A stretch of 64,000 nt of DNA from an uncultured Gemmatimonadales bacterium (GTDB taxonomy: Bacteria > Gemmatimonadota > Gemmatimonadetes > Gemmatimonadales > GWC2-71-9), in the NCBI GenBank assembly GCA_963728915.1, contig CAVSLV010000004.1, forward strand, positions 64,001 through 128,000, read 5' to 3'. A program made the position numbers and the translations under genes. The notes below the pieces were generated by a model. The model worked only from the letters and a program-made list of their open reading frames with translations, was not told the DNA's origin and ran no database searches. Shown here piece by piece: positions 19,113 to 28,280 of the stretch; the stretch's first letter is position 1; every line of letters starts with the position of its first letter.

Positions 19113-20386
19113 TCCCGCTGCTCCTCTGTTTGGTCGCCGCGTTGCCCTCCGCGGCCGACACCCTTCCGCGCGTGACGCTGGAGGAGGCCCTCCAGCGGGC
19201 CGCCCGTCTCGATCCCAACTATGTCGCCGCCCTCGGGAACATTCAGACGGCCGCCTGGGCCCGGCGGGCCGCGCTTTCGGCGATGGTCCTGCCGTCCCTG
19301 ACCGTCAGCACCGACTACACCGCGTACTCCATCGATCAGTTCAACGTCGGGATCGGCGCCCAGGCCCGCTCGATCGCCACCATGCGGGCGGATGCCCGCT
19401 TCGAAGTCTTCACCGGGGGGCGAAAGATCTCCGATCTCGCTCGCACCGCGGCCGATCAGGACGCGGCGGAAGCCGGCGAGCTTCAGCAGCGATTCCTCAC
19501 TGCCCTCAACACCGAGGCGGATTACTACTCGGTCCTGAGCTCCCGCGAGCTGGTGGATGTCGCCCGCGAGCGGCTCCGCCGCGCGGAAGAAGGCTTCACC
19601 ATCGCGCGAGCCCGGGTGGTGAGCGGCGCGGCGGTGCAGACCGACTCGCTTCAGCTCATCCTCGAGCTCGATGGCGCCCGGATCACTCTGCTCCAGGAGG
19701 AATCGAACCTTCGGGTCGCTCGCCTCAAGCTGGGACGACGGATCGGAACTCCCGGTCCGGTGGATGCGGCTCCCCTGGATACCGTGTCCGCCCCTGATCT
19801 CCCGCTGAGCCTGCCCGACGCCGTCGCCCTGGCGCTGGAACAGGGGCCGGAATACCGGGTGGCTCGCGCCAACGAGCGTTCCGCCGATGCCACGGTGCGG
19901 GTTCGCCGGGCGGTGTACCTGCCCCAGCTCGCCGTCAGCGCCAATACGATCGGGTTCGGCCAGGATCCCCTGTCCCGTGGGCTCTCTCGAAGCTCGGTGG
20001 TGTTCAGTCTCAGCTTTCCGCTCTGGGACAACGCCCAGCGGGAGCTGACCATGAGCCGGGCCCGGGTCGCGCGCGACCTGGCCCGGGCCACCCGTGAAGA
20101 TCTCGAGCGGGCCGCCCAGGCGGACGTGACTTCGGCATATGAGGCGTACCAGACCGCGCGGGCTACCGCAGAAGTCTCGCTCCACGGAGTCACGGTGGCC
20201 CGGGAGGTGTACCGGGTGCAGCAGGCCCGGTACCAGGCCGGTGCGAGCACCATCCTCGATCTGCTCGATGCCCAGACCGGGCTCACCACCGCGCAGGCGA
20301 CCCTGGTCCAGGCCCGCTATGCCGCCCGGCTTGCGCTGGCCGGCCTGGAAGCGATGCTTGGTCGGCGCTTGCTCAAAGACTCTTAG
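19109..20386 (+). CDS. TolC family outer membrane efflux protein
   Basis: TLEEALQRA, YQAGASTILDLLDAQ; helical repeats; operon context. Confidence 0.92.
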   Translation: MIPLLLCLVAALPSAADTLPRVTLEEALQRAARLDPNYVAALGNIQTAAWARRAALSAMVLPSLTVSTDYTAYSIDQFNVGIGAQARSIATMRADARFEVFTGGRKISDLARTAADQDAAEAGELQQRFLTALNTEADYYSVLSSRELVDVARERLRRAEEGFTIARARVVSGAAVQTDSLQLILELDGARITLLQEESNLRVARLKLGRRIGTPGPVDAAPLDTVSAPDLPLSLPDAVALALEQGPEYRVARANERSADATVRVRRAVYLPQLAVSANTIGFGQDPLSRGLSRSSVVFSLSFPLWDNAQRELTMSRARVARDLARATREDLERAAQADVTSAYEAYQTARATAEVSLHGVTVAREVYRVQQARYQAGASTILDLLDAQTGLTTAQATLVQARYAARLALAGLEAMLGRRLLKDS

Positions 20387-20388
20387 CG

Positions 20389-21525
20389 ATGGGGGCTCGG
20401 GTGAGAGTACTCGTGGTGCTGGCGATAGCTGCTTCGGTCACGAGCTGCGGATCGAAAGCCCCTGAAGCCCAATCCGGTGGCGGGGGAGGCCGGCGCGGAT
20501 CCGGTGGTCCGCTGCCAGTCGAAGTCGTCGCTGCCCGCGCCGACACCATCGTCGAGGCGATCACCGCAACCGGGCAGATCGAAGCGTGGCAGTCCATCGA
20601 GCTCCGTCCGGAAGTGGACGGACGGCTGGTGGAGATCATGGTCAAGGAAGGCGCCGAAGTCCCCCTTGGCACCCCGCTCTTCAAAGTGGACGACGCCGAG
20701 CTCAAGGCCCAGGTGGACCGCGCGGCTGCCGATCGGGATCTGGCCCAGCAGGCGCTGGTACGGACCCGCCAGCTCCTCCAGGAAAAGGCCGCCGCGCCGG
20801 CGGACGTGGAGCGCGCCGAGGCTCAGATGCGGAGCACCCAGGCGGGCCTCGACCTGCTCCAGCTCCGGCTCGATCGGACCACGGTCCGAAGTCCCTTCGC
20901 CGGGGTGTTAGGGAAGCGTTTGGCCAGTCTGGGAGACTACGTGAACTCGAGCACCCGGCTCATCACCCTCCAGACCGTGAATCCGCAGCGCGCCGTCTTC
21001 CAGGTACCCGAGCGCTATGCCGACGAGCTCAAGGTCGGCCAGACCGTGGCGTTCCGGGTCGCCGCCCTGGGAGACCGCGATTTCACCGGGACGGTGGATT
21101 TCGTGGATCCGGTGGTGTCGCTCCCGGGACGTACCATCACGGTCAAGGCTCAGGTCCCCAACCCGAAGCGTGAGCTCGCCGCCGGGATGTTCATCGAGGC
21201 CCGGCTCCAGACCGATCTGCGACCCGAAGCCGTCGTGATCCCGGAGGACGCCGTCTCACCCATGCAGGGCCAGATGTGGGTCTGGGTGATCAATGCCGGA
21301 AAGGCGGAACGGCGGACCGTCACGCTGGGGGTGCGGAATCCGGGAATCGTCGAAGTGCGCGACGGAATCCAGGTCGGGGACCAGGTCGTGGTTGGGGGCG
21401 CCGAACGGCTCACGCCCGGAGTCGAAGTCCAGGTGATTCAGCACCCGCGGTCCTCGGCTCCGGGGGACACCGGGGTTCGGGGTCGCCCCCAGGTGGCCGA
21501 TTCCCAGGATCATCCGAAGCGCTAA
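20389..21525 (+). CDS. RND membrane fusion protein (periplasmic adaptor), lipoprotein
   Basis: Lipobox VTSC, RPEVDGRL, VRSPFAG, GMFIEA. Confidence 0.93.
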   Translation: MGARVRVLVVLAIAASVTSCGSKAPEAQSGGGGGRRGSGGPLPVEVVAARADTIVEAITATGQIEAWQSIELRPEVDGRLVEIMVKEGAEVPLGTPLFKVDDAELKAQVDRAAADRDLAQQALVRTRQLLQEKAAAPADVERAEAQMRSTQAGLDLLQLRLDRTTVRSPFAGVLGKRLASLGDYVNSSTRLITLQTVNPQRAVFQVPERYADELKVGQTVAFRVAALGDRDFTGTVDFVDPVVSLPGRTITVKAQVPNPKRELAAGMFIEARLQTDLRPEAVVIPEDAVSPMQGQMWVWVINAGKAERRTVTLGVRNPGIVEVRDGIQVGDQVVVGGAERLTPGVEVQVIQHPRSSAPGDTGVRGRPQVADSQDHPKR

Positions 21526-21570
21526 TTCTGTAACAAATAACGTAAAAATCTGCACAAATAAGCTAATTGT

Positions 21571-21599
21571 TTGACTTTTTAGCTTATCTGTGGTAAAGT
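21571..21599 (+). promoter_or_regulatory. Sigma70-type promoter of glnA with an overlapping inverted repeat
   Basis: TTGACT (21571) - 17 nt - TAAAGT (21594) with an extended TG, in an AT-rich patch. Confidence 0.75.
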
Positions 21600-21636
21600 G
21601 TGCCTTCCCAAAACCAGCCCCTGGCGGAGGCGGCCG

Positions 21637-23073
21637 ATGAGCGCAGAGCTGCGTGCTTTCCTGGAGATCCCCTACGACGAGCTCGAGGAGATGAACCTCG
21701 AGGCCAAGTCCGAGCGCCTGGCCCGGACCCCGGTCGACAAGGTCGGTCAGAAACGGATGAAGTACCTGACCGACGAAAAGCGGATCAAGGCGGTCACCGT
21801 CTGCTTTGCCGATCTCGAGGGCCGGCTCCACATGCTGGACTACGACAAGAAGTTCCTGCTCAAGGCCGCCGACAACCTGACCTTCGACGGATCCAGTATC
21901 CGGGGCTTCTCCCAGCAGGCCGAGTCGGACCTCCGTCTCCTGATCGACTGGCCCGCCTTCTACTGGCTGCCTTCCGACGTCTTCGGTCCCGGCAAGGTGC
22001 TGGTCTTTGCGGACGTGCTCGAGAAGGACGGCTCGCCCTACGTGGCCGACATGCGGGCCAAGTTCAAGGCGTACCTGGCGGGGCTCTACAAACGGGACGG
22101 CATGACCTGCAATGCCGCCAACGAGATCGAGGGCTTTCTCTTCAAGGGGCGGGACGCCGAGCGGCGGTACTTCGAGACCGGCGGGTTCGAGTTCCCCAGC
22201 ACCGGGGGCTATTACCACTCGCTCCCCGGCGACGCCCTCCGCATGTTCATCGATACCTCGGCGGAAGTGCAGCGGGCGATGGGGTTCGCCAACGAGAAAG
22301 ACCATCCCGAGGTGGCCCCGTCCCAGTTCGAGATGAACTACGGGTACACCGAGGCCAGCATCGCGGCGGATCAGATCCTCCTCTACAAGCTGATCTGCCG
22401 CCAGGTCGCCGCGAAGTTCGACATGACGGCGAGCTTCCTGCCCAAGCCCGCGACCGGGATCAACGGGAGCGGCATGCATACCAACATGTCGGTGAGCCAG
22501 AAGGGGCGGAACCTCTTCTGGGACCCGAAGGGTCAGGACAAGCTCTCCAAGCTGGGCTGGAAGTTCATCGACCGGATCCTGACGGCGGGGCAGGACCTCT
22601 GCCTGGCGTTCAACTCGAGCGTCAACTCCTACCGCCGGCTCGATCCCCACTTCGAGGCGCCCAATCAGATCAAGGCCTCGCCGGTGGATCGGGGCTCGAT
22701 GGTGCGGATCCCCTTGGGGAACGAGAAGTCGGCCCGGATCGAGATGCGCTCGATCGCGCCCGATGCCAACCCGTATCTCGCGCTCTACTGCCTGTTCCGA
22801 ACCGGGTTCGAGGGGCCGATCGAGAAGGACAACGGGGAGAAGCGGCGGGATCGCACCAAATTCCTGCCCGACAACATCTATGACGCGATCCGGCTCTTCA
22901 AGGGCAGCAAGTACGCGGTGGATCTATTGGGCGAGACGGTGCACAAACGCTATGCCGACCTCAAGGTGATCCAGGCCGACCGCTGTCCCAAGGCGCTCGG
23001 CGGGCTGATCAAGACGCCGGAGATCCAGTTCCACCACGAGGTGACGAACCAGTATCTGTGGTCGAAGTTCTAG
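21637..23073 (+). CDS. glnA: Glutamine synthetase (type I family)
   Basis: TFDGSSIRGF, NEIEGFLF, HPEVAPSQFE, FLPKP..GINGSGMHTN, NSYRRL, RIEMRS. Confidence 0.92.
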   Translation: MSAELRAFLEIPYDELEEMNLEAKSERLARTPVDKVGQKRMKYLTDEKRIKAVTVCFADLEGRLHMLDYDKKFLLKAADNLTFDGSSIRGFSQQAESDLRLLIDWPAFYWLPSDVFGPGKVLVFADVLEKDGSPYVADMRAKFKAYLAGLYKRDGMTCNAANEIEGFLFKGRDAERRYFETGGFEFPSTGGYYHSLPGDALRMFIDTSAEVQRAMGFANEKDHPEVAPSQFEMNYGYTEASIAADQILLYKLICRQVAAKFDMTASFLPKPATGINGSGMHTNMSVSQKGRNLFWDPKGQDKLSKLGWKFIDRILTAGQDLCLAFNSSVNSYRRLDPHFEAPNQIKASPVDRGSMVRIPLGNEKSARIEMRSIAPDANPYLALYCLFRTGFEGPIEKDNGEKRRDRTKFLPDNIYDAIRLFKGSKYAVDLLGETVHKRYADLKVIQADRCPKALGGLIKTPEIQFHHEVTNQYLWSKF

Positions 23074-23156
23074 GTCTGAAAGTCTGAAAGTCTGAAAGTC
23101 TGGAGGCGACAGGGCGCGGCGACCTCCAGACTTTCCGACTTACAGACTTCCAGGCC
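23073..23156. terminator. 34-bp imperfect inverted repeat built from 8-bp units between convergent genes; probable bidirectional terminator
   Basis: Arms 23073-23106 and 23123-23156 match at 30/34; unit AAGTCTGA. Confidence 0.7.
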
Positions 23157-23739
23157 GTTCATAGGTCCGCCGCATCTTCAGAGGCCTCGGGCTCCGGGGA
23201 TTGCTGAACTCGATATCGAGCAGGAGCCGGCCGGTCTTCTCATCGAGCCGGTACTCCTCGCGGTAGGTCTCGCCGGTATCCATCTTCCGCTCGGTGACCA
23301 GCCGGTCCTTTTTCCAGCTGCTCTCGACCACCGCGGGCCCGCCCTGGCCCAGCTCTTCCCGCATGGCTCCCTTGCCGGGAAGGAGGTACCGCAGCCACCC
23401 GGCGTCATCCTTGACGGTGACCGCCGTGTCCGGCTGGGCGATCTCGAGAGTCGTTTTGGGGCGGAGCAATTCACGAAAGGCCGGGGGCATCCAACCTCCC
23501 CCAAACCCACCTCCGCCGTATCGCCCCGCCCCGCCTCCGCCCCCGCCGCCTCCCCCCCCACCCCCTCCCCCGAAGCCGCCCGGGCCTCGAGTGTGGGATC
23601 GGAACCCTCCTCCGCCCGAGGCTGGCTCCTCGTGCAGCACCCAGTTGCCCAATATGCCGGGAGGCTTCGGCTCCTGTGCGTGCAAACCTGCCGCGAGGAG
23701 AACGGTGCTCAGAAGCGCGGGCCCAGCGAATCGTCTCAT
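23140..23739 (-). CDS. Secreted glycine-rich hypothetical protein
   Basis: Signal peptide (LHA-Q), GNWVL, poly-Gly linker, beta-rich C-terminus ending RRTYER (lipocalin-like pattern). Confidence 0.8.
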   Translation of the reverse strand: MRRFAGPALLSTVLLAAGLHAQEPKPPGILGNWVLHEEPASGGGGFRSHTRGPGGFGGGGGGGGGGGGGGAGRYGGGGFGGGWMPPAFRELLRPKTTLEIAQPDTAVTVKDDAGWLRYLLPGKGAMREELGQGGPAVVESSWKKDRLVTERKMDTGETYREEYRLDEKTGRLLLDIEFSNPRSPRPLKMRRTYERPGSL

Positions 23740-23978
23740 GCCGCTGATTCGACACGCTCGACCCTGGTTCCCCTTATCCGTCGTATTTGATCTTCACCTC
23801 CATCGCGCCGACTCCCATGCCCAATGCGGAAGACCTCAACCTGACCCCGGAGCGCCTGACCCGTGCGCGCGCTCGAATCCGTTTCCTGAGCGAGAAGTCC
23901 TCCACGCCTCCCGAGCGGCGGGTGATTAGGTTTGGGTCTCCAAACGTACGACTCATCGTTCACCCTACTTGCGATCGT

Positions 23979-24434
23979 ATGCTCACTCCCGGCAACCCAG
24001 CCCCCGCTTTCACCCTTCGCTCCGACACCGGCGACACCGTGAGCCTCCAGGACCTCCGGGGCAGAAAAGTCGTCCTGTATTTCTATCCCAAGGACGACAC
24101 CCCCGGGTGCACCGTCGAAGCCTGCGAGTTTCGCGATAACTGGAAAGCCGTCCAGAAGACTGGGGCCGCGCTCTTCGGCGTCTCTCCCGACGAGGTCGCC
24201 TCGCACCTCAAGTTCAAGAAGAAATTCGATCTGCCGTTCCCGCTGCTGGCCGATCCCGACCACACCGTGGCCGAGAAGTACGGCGCCTGGGGCGAAAAGT
24301 CCTTCATGGGGAAGAAATACACGGGCGTACTTCGGAGCACCTTCATCATCGACGAACAGGGCAAGGTCGCCAAGGTGTTCGAGAAGGTGAAACCCAAAGG
24401 CCATGCCGCCGAGGTGCTGGAGTCTTTGCGTTGA
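23979..24434 (+). CDS. bcp: Thioredoxin-dependent thiol peroxidase (BCP/PrxQ)
   Basis: LYFYPKDDTPGCTVEACEFRD, RSTFIID. Confidence 0.95.
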   Translation: MLTPGNPAPAFTLRSDTGDTVSLQDLRGRKVVLYFYPKDDTPGCTVEACEFRDNWKAVQKTGAALFGVSPDEVASHLKFKKKFDLPFPLLADPDHTVAEKYGAWGEKSFMGKKYTGVLRSTFIIDEQGKVAKVFEKVKPKGHAAEVLESLR

Positions 24435-25474
24435 GGTGGCTGCTTCCGGTTGCCGCGCTACTGGCCGCGGGGTGCGGCGCCAAGTCAGAACAGGCCGCCC
24501 TGATCCAGCCCGCCCCGGGCGAAGGGCATATCGCCAACATCCGCCAGCTCACCTTCGGCGGCACCAATGCCGAAGGGTATTTCTCGGCTTCCGGCAAGCA
24601 GATCATCTTCCAGGGCAAACCCGAGGTCGAACGGGGCTGCGACCAGCAGTTCGTGATCAATACCGACGGCACCGGGCTCCGCCGGGTGTCGAACGGACAG
24701 GGCCGGACCACCTGCGGCTACTTCTACGACCACGATCGCCGCATCCTCTACTCGTCCACCTTCGCCCACGACACCGCTTGTCCCCCCGCGCCCGACAAGA
24801 GCTTCGGCTACGTCTGGCCCCTGGCCCACCTCGAGATCTACACCGCCAAGCCCGACGGCAGCGACCTCCAGCAGCTTACCAACAACGGGTTCTACAACGC
24901 GGAGTCGACCCTATCGCCCGATGGGAGCCGGATCATCTTCACGAGCACGAGGAACGGCGACATCGAGATCTACACCATGGCGACCGACGGGAGCGATGTC
25001 CGGCGGATCACCAACCGGGTCGGCTACGACGGCGGGGCGTTCTTCTCTCCCGATGGGAAGCAGATTGTGTGGCGGGCGGCCTATCCGGTCACCGCGGCGG
25101 ACACCGCCGACTATCTCGGGCTGCTCGGGAATCGCCTGGTCCGGCCCGCCAAAGTCGAGCTCTGGATCGCCAACGCCGATGGGACCGACGCCCGGCAGAT
25201 CACCCACCTGGGCGGGGCCAATTTCGCCCCCTTCTTCCATCCGGACGGAAAGCGCATCATCTTCTCTTCGAATTACCTGGAGCCCCGGAGCGGCCAGTTT
25301 GACCTGTTCCTGATCAACAGCGACGGAACCGGCCTCGAACGCATCACCACGGCGGTGGGGTTCGACAGCTTCCCGATGTGGAGCCCGGACGGCAAGAAAC
25401 TCCTCTGGGCCTCGGAGCGTAACCAGAAGGTACCCGGAGAGATCAATCTCTTCATCGCGGATTGGATAGAGTAA
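24431..25474 (+). CDS. TolB-like PD40 beta-propeller lipoprotein
   Basis: Lipobox AAGC; repeated SPDG/HPDG..IIF units. Confidence 0.85.
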   Translation: MRWLLPVAALLAAGCGAKSEQAALIQPAPGEGHIANIRQLTFGGTNAEGYFSASGKQIIFQGKPEVERGCDQQFVINTDGTGLRRVSNGQGRTTCGYFYDHDRRILYSSTFAHDTACPPAPDKSFGYVWPLAHLEIYTAKPDGSDLQQLTNNGFYNAESTLSPDGSRIIFTSTRNGDIEIYTMATDGSDVRRITNRVGYDGGAFFSPDGKQIVWRAAYPVTAADTADYLGLLGNRLVRPAKVELWIANADGTDARQITHLGGANFAPFFHPDGKRIIFSSNYLEPRSGQFDLFLINSDGTGLERITTAVGFDSFPMWSPDGKKLLWASERNQKVPGEINLFIADWIE

Positions 25475-25489
25475 GGATGACTACCTGAC

Positions 25490-26188
25490 ATGAAGAGCTT
25501 CGGTAAGTGGATCTGGGACTGGGCCAAGTCGATCGCCGTGGCCCTGGTGGTGTGGTTTTTCCTCCGGACCTTCCTGATCGAAGCCTTCCGCATTCCGTCG
25601 GGCAGCATGGAAAACACCCTGCTCATCGGCGATTTCCTGTTCGTCAACAAGCTGCTGTACGGAGCCGAAGTCCCCCTGATACACAAGCGGCTCCCCGCGA
25701 TTCGGGAACCGCGCCGGGGCGACATTCTGGTGTTCGATTCGGTCGAGGAGCCCCTCAAGGTCGTCAAGCGTCTGATCGGTGTCCCGGGCGATACCCTGGC
25801 CATGGACAACGGGCAGCTCTACCGCGACGGCAAGGCGGTGCCCGAGCCCTGGGTGATCCGAACCGATCCCAACGCCAATGCGGACGCCTATCAGCGGGAG
25901 CGAATGCGCCGCTGGCAGACCCCCCATCTGGTGGCCGGGGTCAAATCCGAGACCTACCGGCCCGACCTCAACAATTGGGGTCCGATCGTCGTTCCGGCCG
26001 ATTCCTTCTTCATGATGGGAGACAATCGGGATGGGTCCTACGACGGCCGATACTGGGGCTTCCTGCCCCGCGAAAACGTCCGGGGACGCCCACTGATCGT
26101 CTATTACAGCTACGACGCCAGCACCTATAAGCCTCTGCCGTTCCTCACCAACATCCGATGGGGGAGAATCTTTACGACGCCCCAGTAG
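25490..26188 (+). CDS. lepB: Signal peptidase I
   Basis: IPSGSMENTL, VKRLIGVPGD, MGDNRDGSYDGRYWG. Confidence 0.95.
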   Translation: MKSFGKWIWDWAKSIAVALVVWFFLRTFLIEAFRIPSGSMENTLLIGDFLFVNKLLYGAEVPLIHKRLPAIREPRRGDILVFDSVEEPLKVVKRLIGVPGDTLAMDNGQLYRDGKAVPEPWVIRTDPNANADAYQRERMRRWQTPHLVAGVKSETYRPDLNNWGPIVVPADSFFMMGDNRDGSYDGRYWGFLPRENVRGRPLIVYYSYDASTYKPLPFLTNIRWGRIFTTPQ

Positions 26189-26308
26189 GTCGACCTGCCA
26201 ATTTTGCAGTCCATCGCCTTCCCGGCCGTTTCTTGACGCAAGGCCCTATCTCACTGTAGGTTGGCGCTGGCCACACCCTGTCAAATCTCGACACAATGGA
26301 GGCGGGAA

Positions 26309-26698
26309 GTGACCGAACTGGGTGGCTCCCAGATTACCTCGCTCATGGAAGTGCTTCCGGGGATCGCACAGGTCCTTCGGAGTCCGGTCGCGGATGCGAT
26401 CGTCAATCTGGTGCGAGCGGCCTGTCGAGCACGTGAATTTGAGCTCGTGGATGCGGAGGAAGTCCTTCGGTACGCGGTACGGCGGAATCTGATGTCAACG
26501 GAGGAGAGCGAGCGCGTACTCGCCGAAGCGCGGGCCAGCGTCGAGCGCCGCGCCGAACGCGCGATGGAGCGGGAAAAGCCGAAGGCCGCTCAGCGTCCCA
26601 AGTCCCAGGCTCGCGCCAAGCAGCGGCCTGCCCGGAAGGAAAAACCCCGTCGCCCGGCGCCCGGCCGCAAGAGCAGCCGGGCCCGGAAGAAGCACTAG
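26309..26698 (+). CDS. Hypothetical protein with a Lys/Arg-rich C-terminal tail
   Basis: Helical core plus a highly basic tail; candidate promoter TTGACG-18-TAGGTT at 26233-26262. Start at 26309 or 26346. Confidence 0.7.
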   Translation: MTELGGSQITSLMEVLPGIAQVLRSPVADAIVNLVRAACRAREFELVDAEEVLRYAVRRNLMSTEESERVLAEARASVERRAERAMEREKPKAAQRPKSQARAKQRPARKEKPRRPAPGRKSSRARKKH

Positions 26699-26699
26699 C

Positions 26700-26900
26700 T
26701 CAGACTTTCTTCACATTCGAGGCCTGGAGGCCCTTCGGGCCGTCCACGATCTCGAACTCCACCTGGTCTCCTTCCGCCAGAGAACGGAAGCCATCCGCTA
26801 CGATCGCGGTATGGTGCACGAACACGTCCTTGCCACCTTCCTGCGCGATGAACCCGAAGCCCTTCGCATCATTGAACCACTTCACCGTGCCCTTCGCCAT
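26700..26900 (-). CDS. csp: Cold-shock protein (CspA family)
   Basis: [18 protein letters not shown]...DVFVHHTAI (RNP1/RNP2). Confidence 0.97.
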   Translation of the reverse strand: MAKGTVKWFNDAKGFGFIAQEGGKDVFVHHTAIVADGFRSLAEGDQVEFEIVDGPKGLQASNVKKV

Positions 26901-27011
26901 TGCGTGCGACCTCATCAGCTGGGAGCCTCTCGGCTCGGAGAACCGGATCGACCCGGGGACACTCGTCTCCCGCCGATCGTTCCGAGAAGGTTCCTCCCAG
27001 TCGCAACTTTG

Positions 27012-28280
27012 TCAAGGAAGGAGGTATGCCAGCACCTGCTGACCCAGCGCCTGGATCGCCGGGCGGTCGGCCGGAGGGGCTTTCTGGGAGGCGAGCTGAA
27101 CCGCCGAGTTAACCCGCGCGATGGCGTCGGCCTTCTGCGCCTCCGGTGGGCGTTCCCCCGCCTGGAGCCGCTCGAGCAAGTGGCGCAGGCCGAACGTGGC
27201 CACTGAGGCCGCCCAGCTCACCGGGCTGAAATTGACCGCGTTCGCCACATCGATGTAGGGAGTCTCGCTATTCGGTGGCCGGGCCACTTCACTCCGTAGC
27301 GCGATGAAGGTGGCGTGACGCACCAGGCCAAGCTGGCGGAACGCCCCGCCGGTGTAGACGCTGGCATGCTGCGAGGGGTCGAAGCTCCAGCCCAGGTACA
27401 TCCAGTTGGCCCAGTTCTCGACCGGGTTCTCGATCGGCACGGTGCGGTCGGTACGAGACTTCCGTGCGGCGTTCCCCACGTCCCACCAGACATCGTGCAC
27501 CTGGCCGCCCAGGTTCTGATCCATTCCGTAGCGGAGCAGGTGGAGCGCGACCAGGGTGGACGTCCACCGCCGCACCTCGAAGCAATCGCGGTAGTTGACC
27601 CGCACGGTGTCGTCGAGCAGGCATGGGGCGCCCGGGTTCCCGACCGCCCGGTCGGCATTCCGAAGGGCCGATACCGCGCGCATGAGATTGTCGCGGGTGG
27701 GAACCGCCCGGTAGCCCGCAATGGCGGCCGCGGCGAGTCCGCCCTGGTAGTCGAGGATCGCCTGCGGAAGCGGCTGGTCGGGCATCCAGTCGAGGTTGTT
27801 CCCTTCGTCGGACCAGATCGGCAGGCGGATCGCGACCCGCACGGTGCGGGGATCAATCGCGGCAAGCTGCGCGGTGGTGAGCCCGGCCGGCCATTCGTCC
27901 CGCCCGAACAGCGCGGTGGCGAAGTCGATGTCGCCGGAGACCGGGTTCCCTCCAGGCTGAAACAGATTGGTGGTCTGGTCGAGGTGCAGGGACTGCACCG
28001 TATGGATGTAGGCCACGATGTTCCCGGCGGTCACGCTGTCGACATGCTTCACCGCGCGGCGGATGATCGTGGTATCGGAAAACCCAAAGGCGTGGAGGTC
28101 GTATCCGTCGCGCGAGGCGTGACAGGTCGAGCATTCGTTTTCGAACGCGATTCGTCCCAGGGCGGCATCGGGCTTGGGGGCCGGGTCGGGCTGGCCCTGC
28201 CCCGGATCCGAGGGTGAGTTCGCGCTCTCGCAACCGGCAAGCGTTCCAACCAGAACGGCAACCAGAAAACCGTACCGCAT
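27012..28280 (-). CDS. Uncharacterised lipoprotein with one c-type haem motif
   Basis: AGGAG then MRYGFLVAVLVGTLAGC lipobox; CSTCH; long Trp/His-rich C-terminal region. Confidence 0.8.
   Translation of the reverse strand: MRYGFLVAVLVGTLAGCESANSPSDPGQGQPDPAPKPDAALGRIAFENECSTCHASRDGYDLHAFGFSDTTIIRRAVKHVDSVTAGNIVAYIHTVQSLHLDQTTNLFQPGGNPVSGDIDFATALFGRDEWPAGLTTAQLAAIDPRTVRVAIRLPIWSDEGNNLDWMPDQPLPQAILDYQGGLAAAAIAGYRAVPTRDNLMRAVSALRNADRAVGNPGAPCLLDDTVRVNYRDCFEVRRWTSTLVALHLLRYGMDQNLGGQVHDVWWDVGNAARKSRTDRTVPIENPVENWANWMYLGWSFDPSQHASVYTGGAFRQLGLVRHATFIALRSEVARPPNSETPYIDVANAVNFSPVSWAASVATFGLRHLLERLQAGERPPEAQKADAIARVNSAVQLASQKAPPADRPAIQALGQQVLAYLLP

Noticed and set aside
23073..23106. Tandem repeats as a possible CRISPR array
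   Set aside because: The units are 8 bp with no spacers, and no cas genes are present.
23495..23585. Long C/G-run tract (possible G-quadruplex or slippage site)
   Set aside because: Explained by the poly-glycine linker codons; the reading frame is intact.
23774..23956. 60-aa minus-strand ORF, or an ncRNA, between the Gly-rich gene and bcp
   Set aside because: No recognisable protein motif or RNA family signature; cannot be supported from sequence alone.
26885..26920. CTGATGAG on the minus strand, resembling a hammerhead ribozyme core
   Set aside because: The downstream partner is GAAG rather than GAAA, stem II does not form convincingly, and the sequence doubles as the csp RBS.
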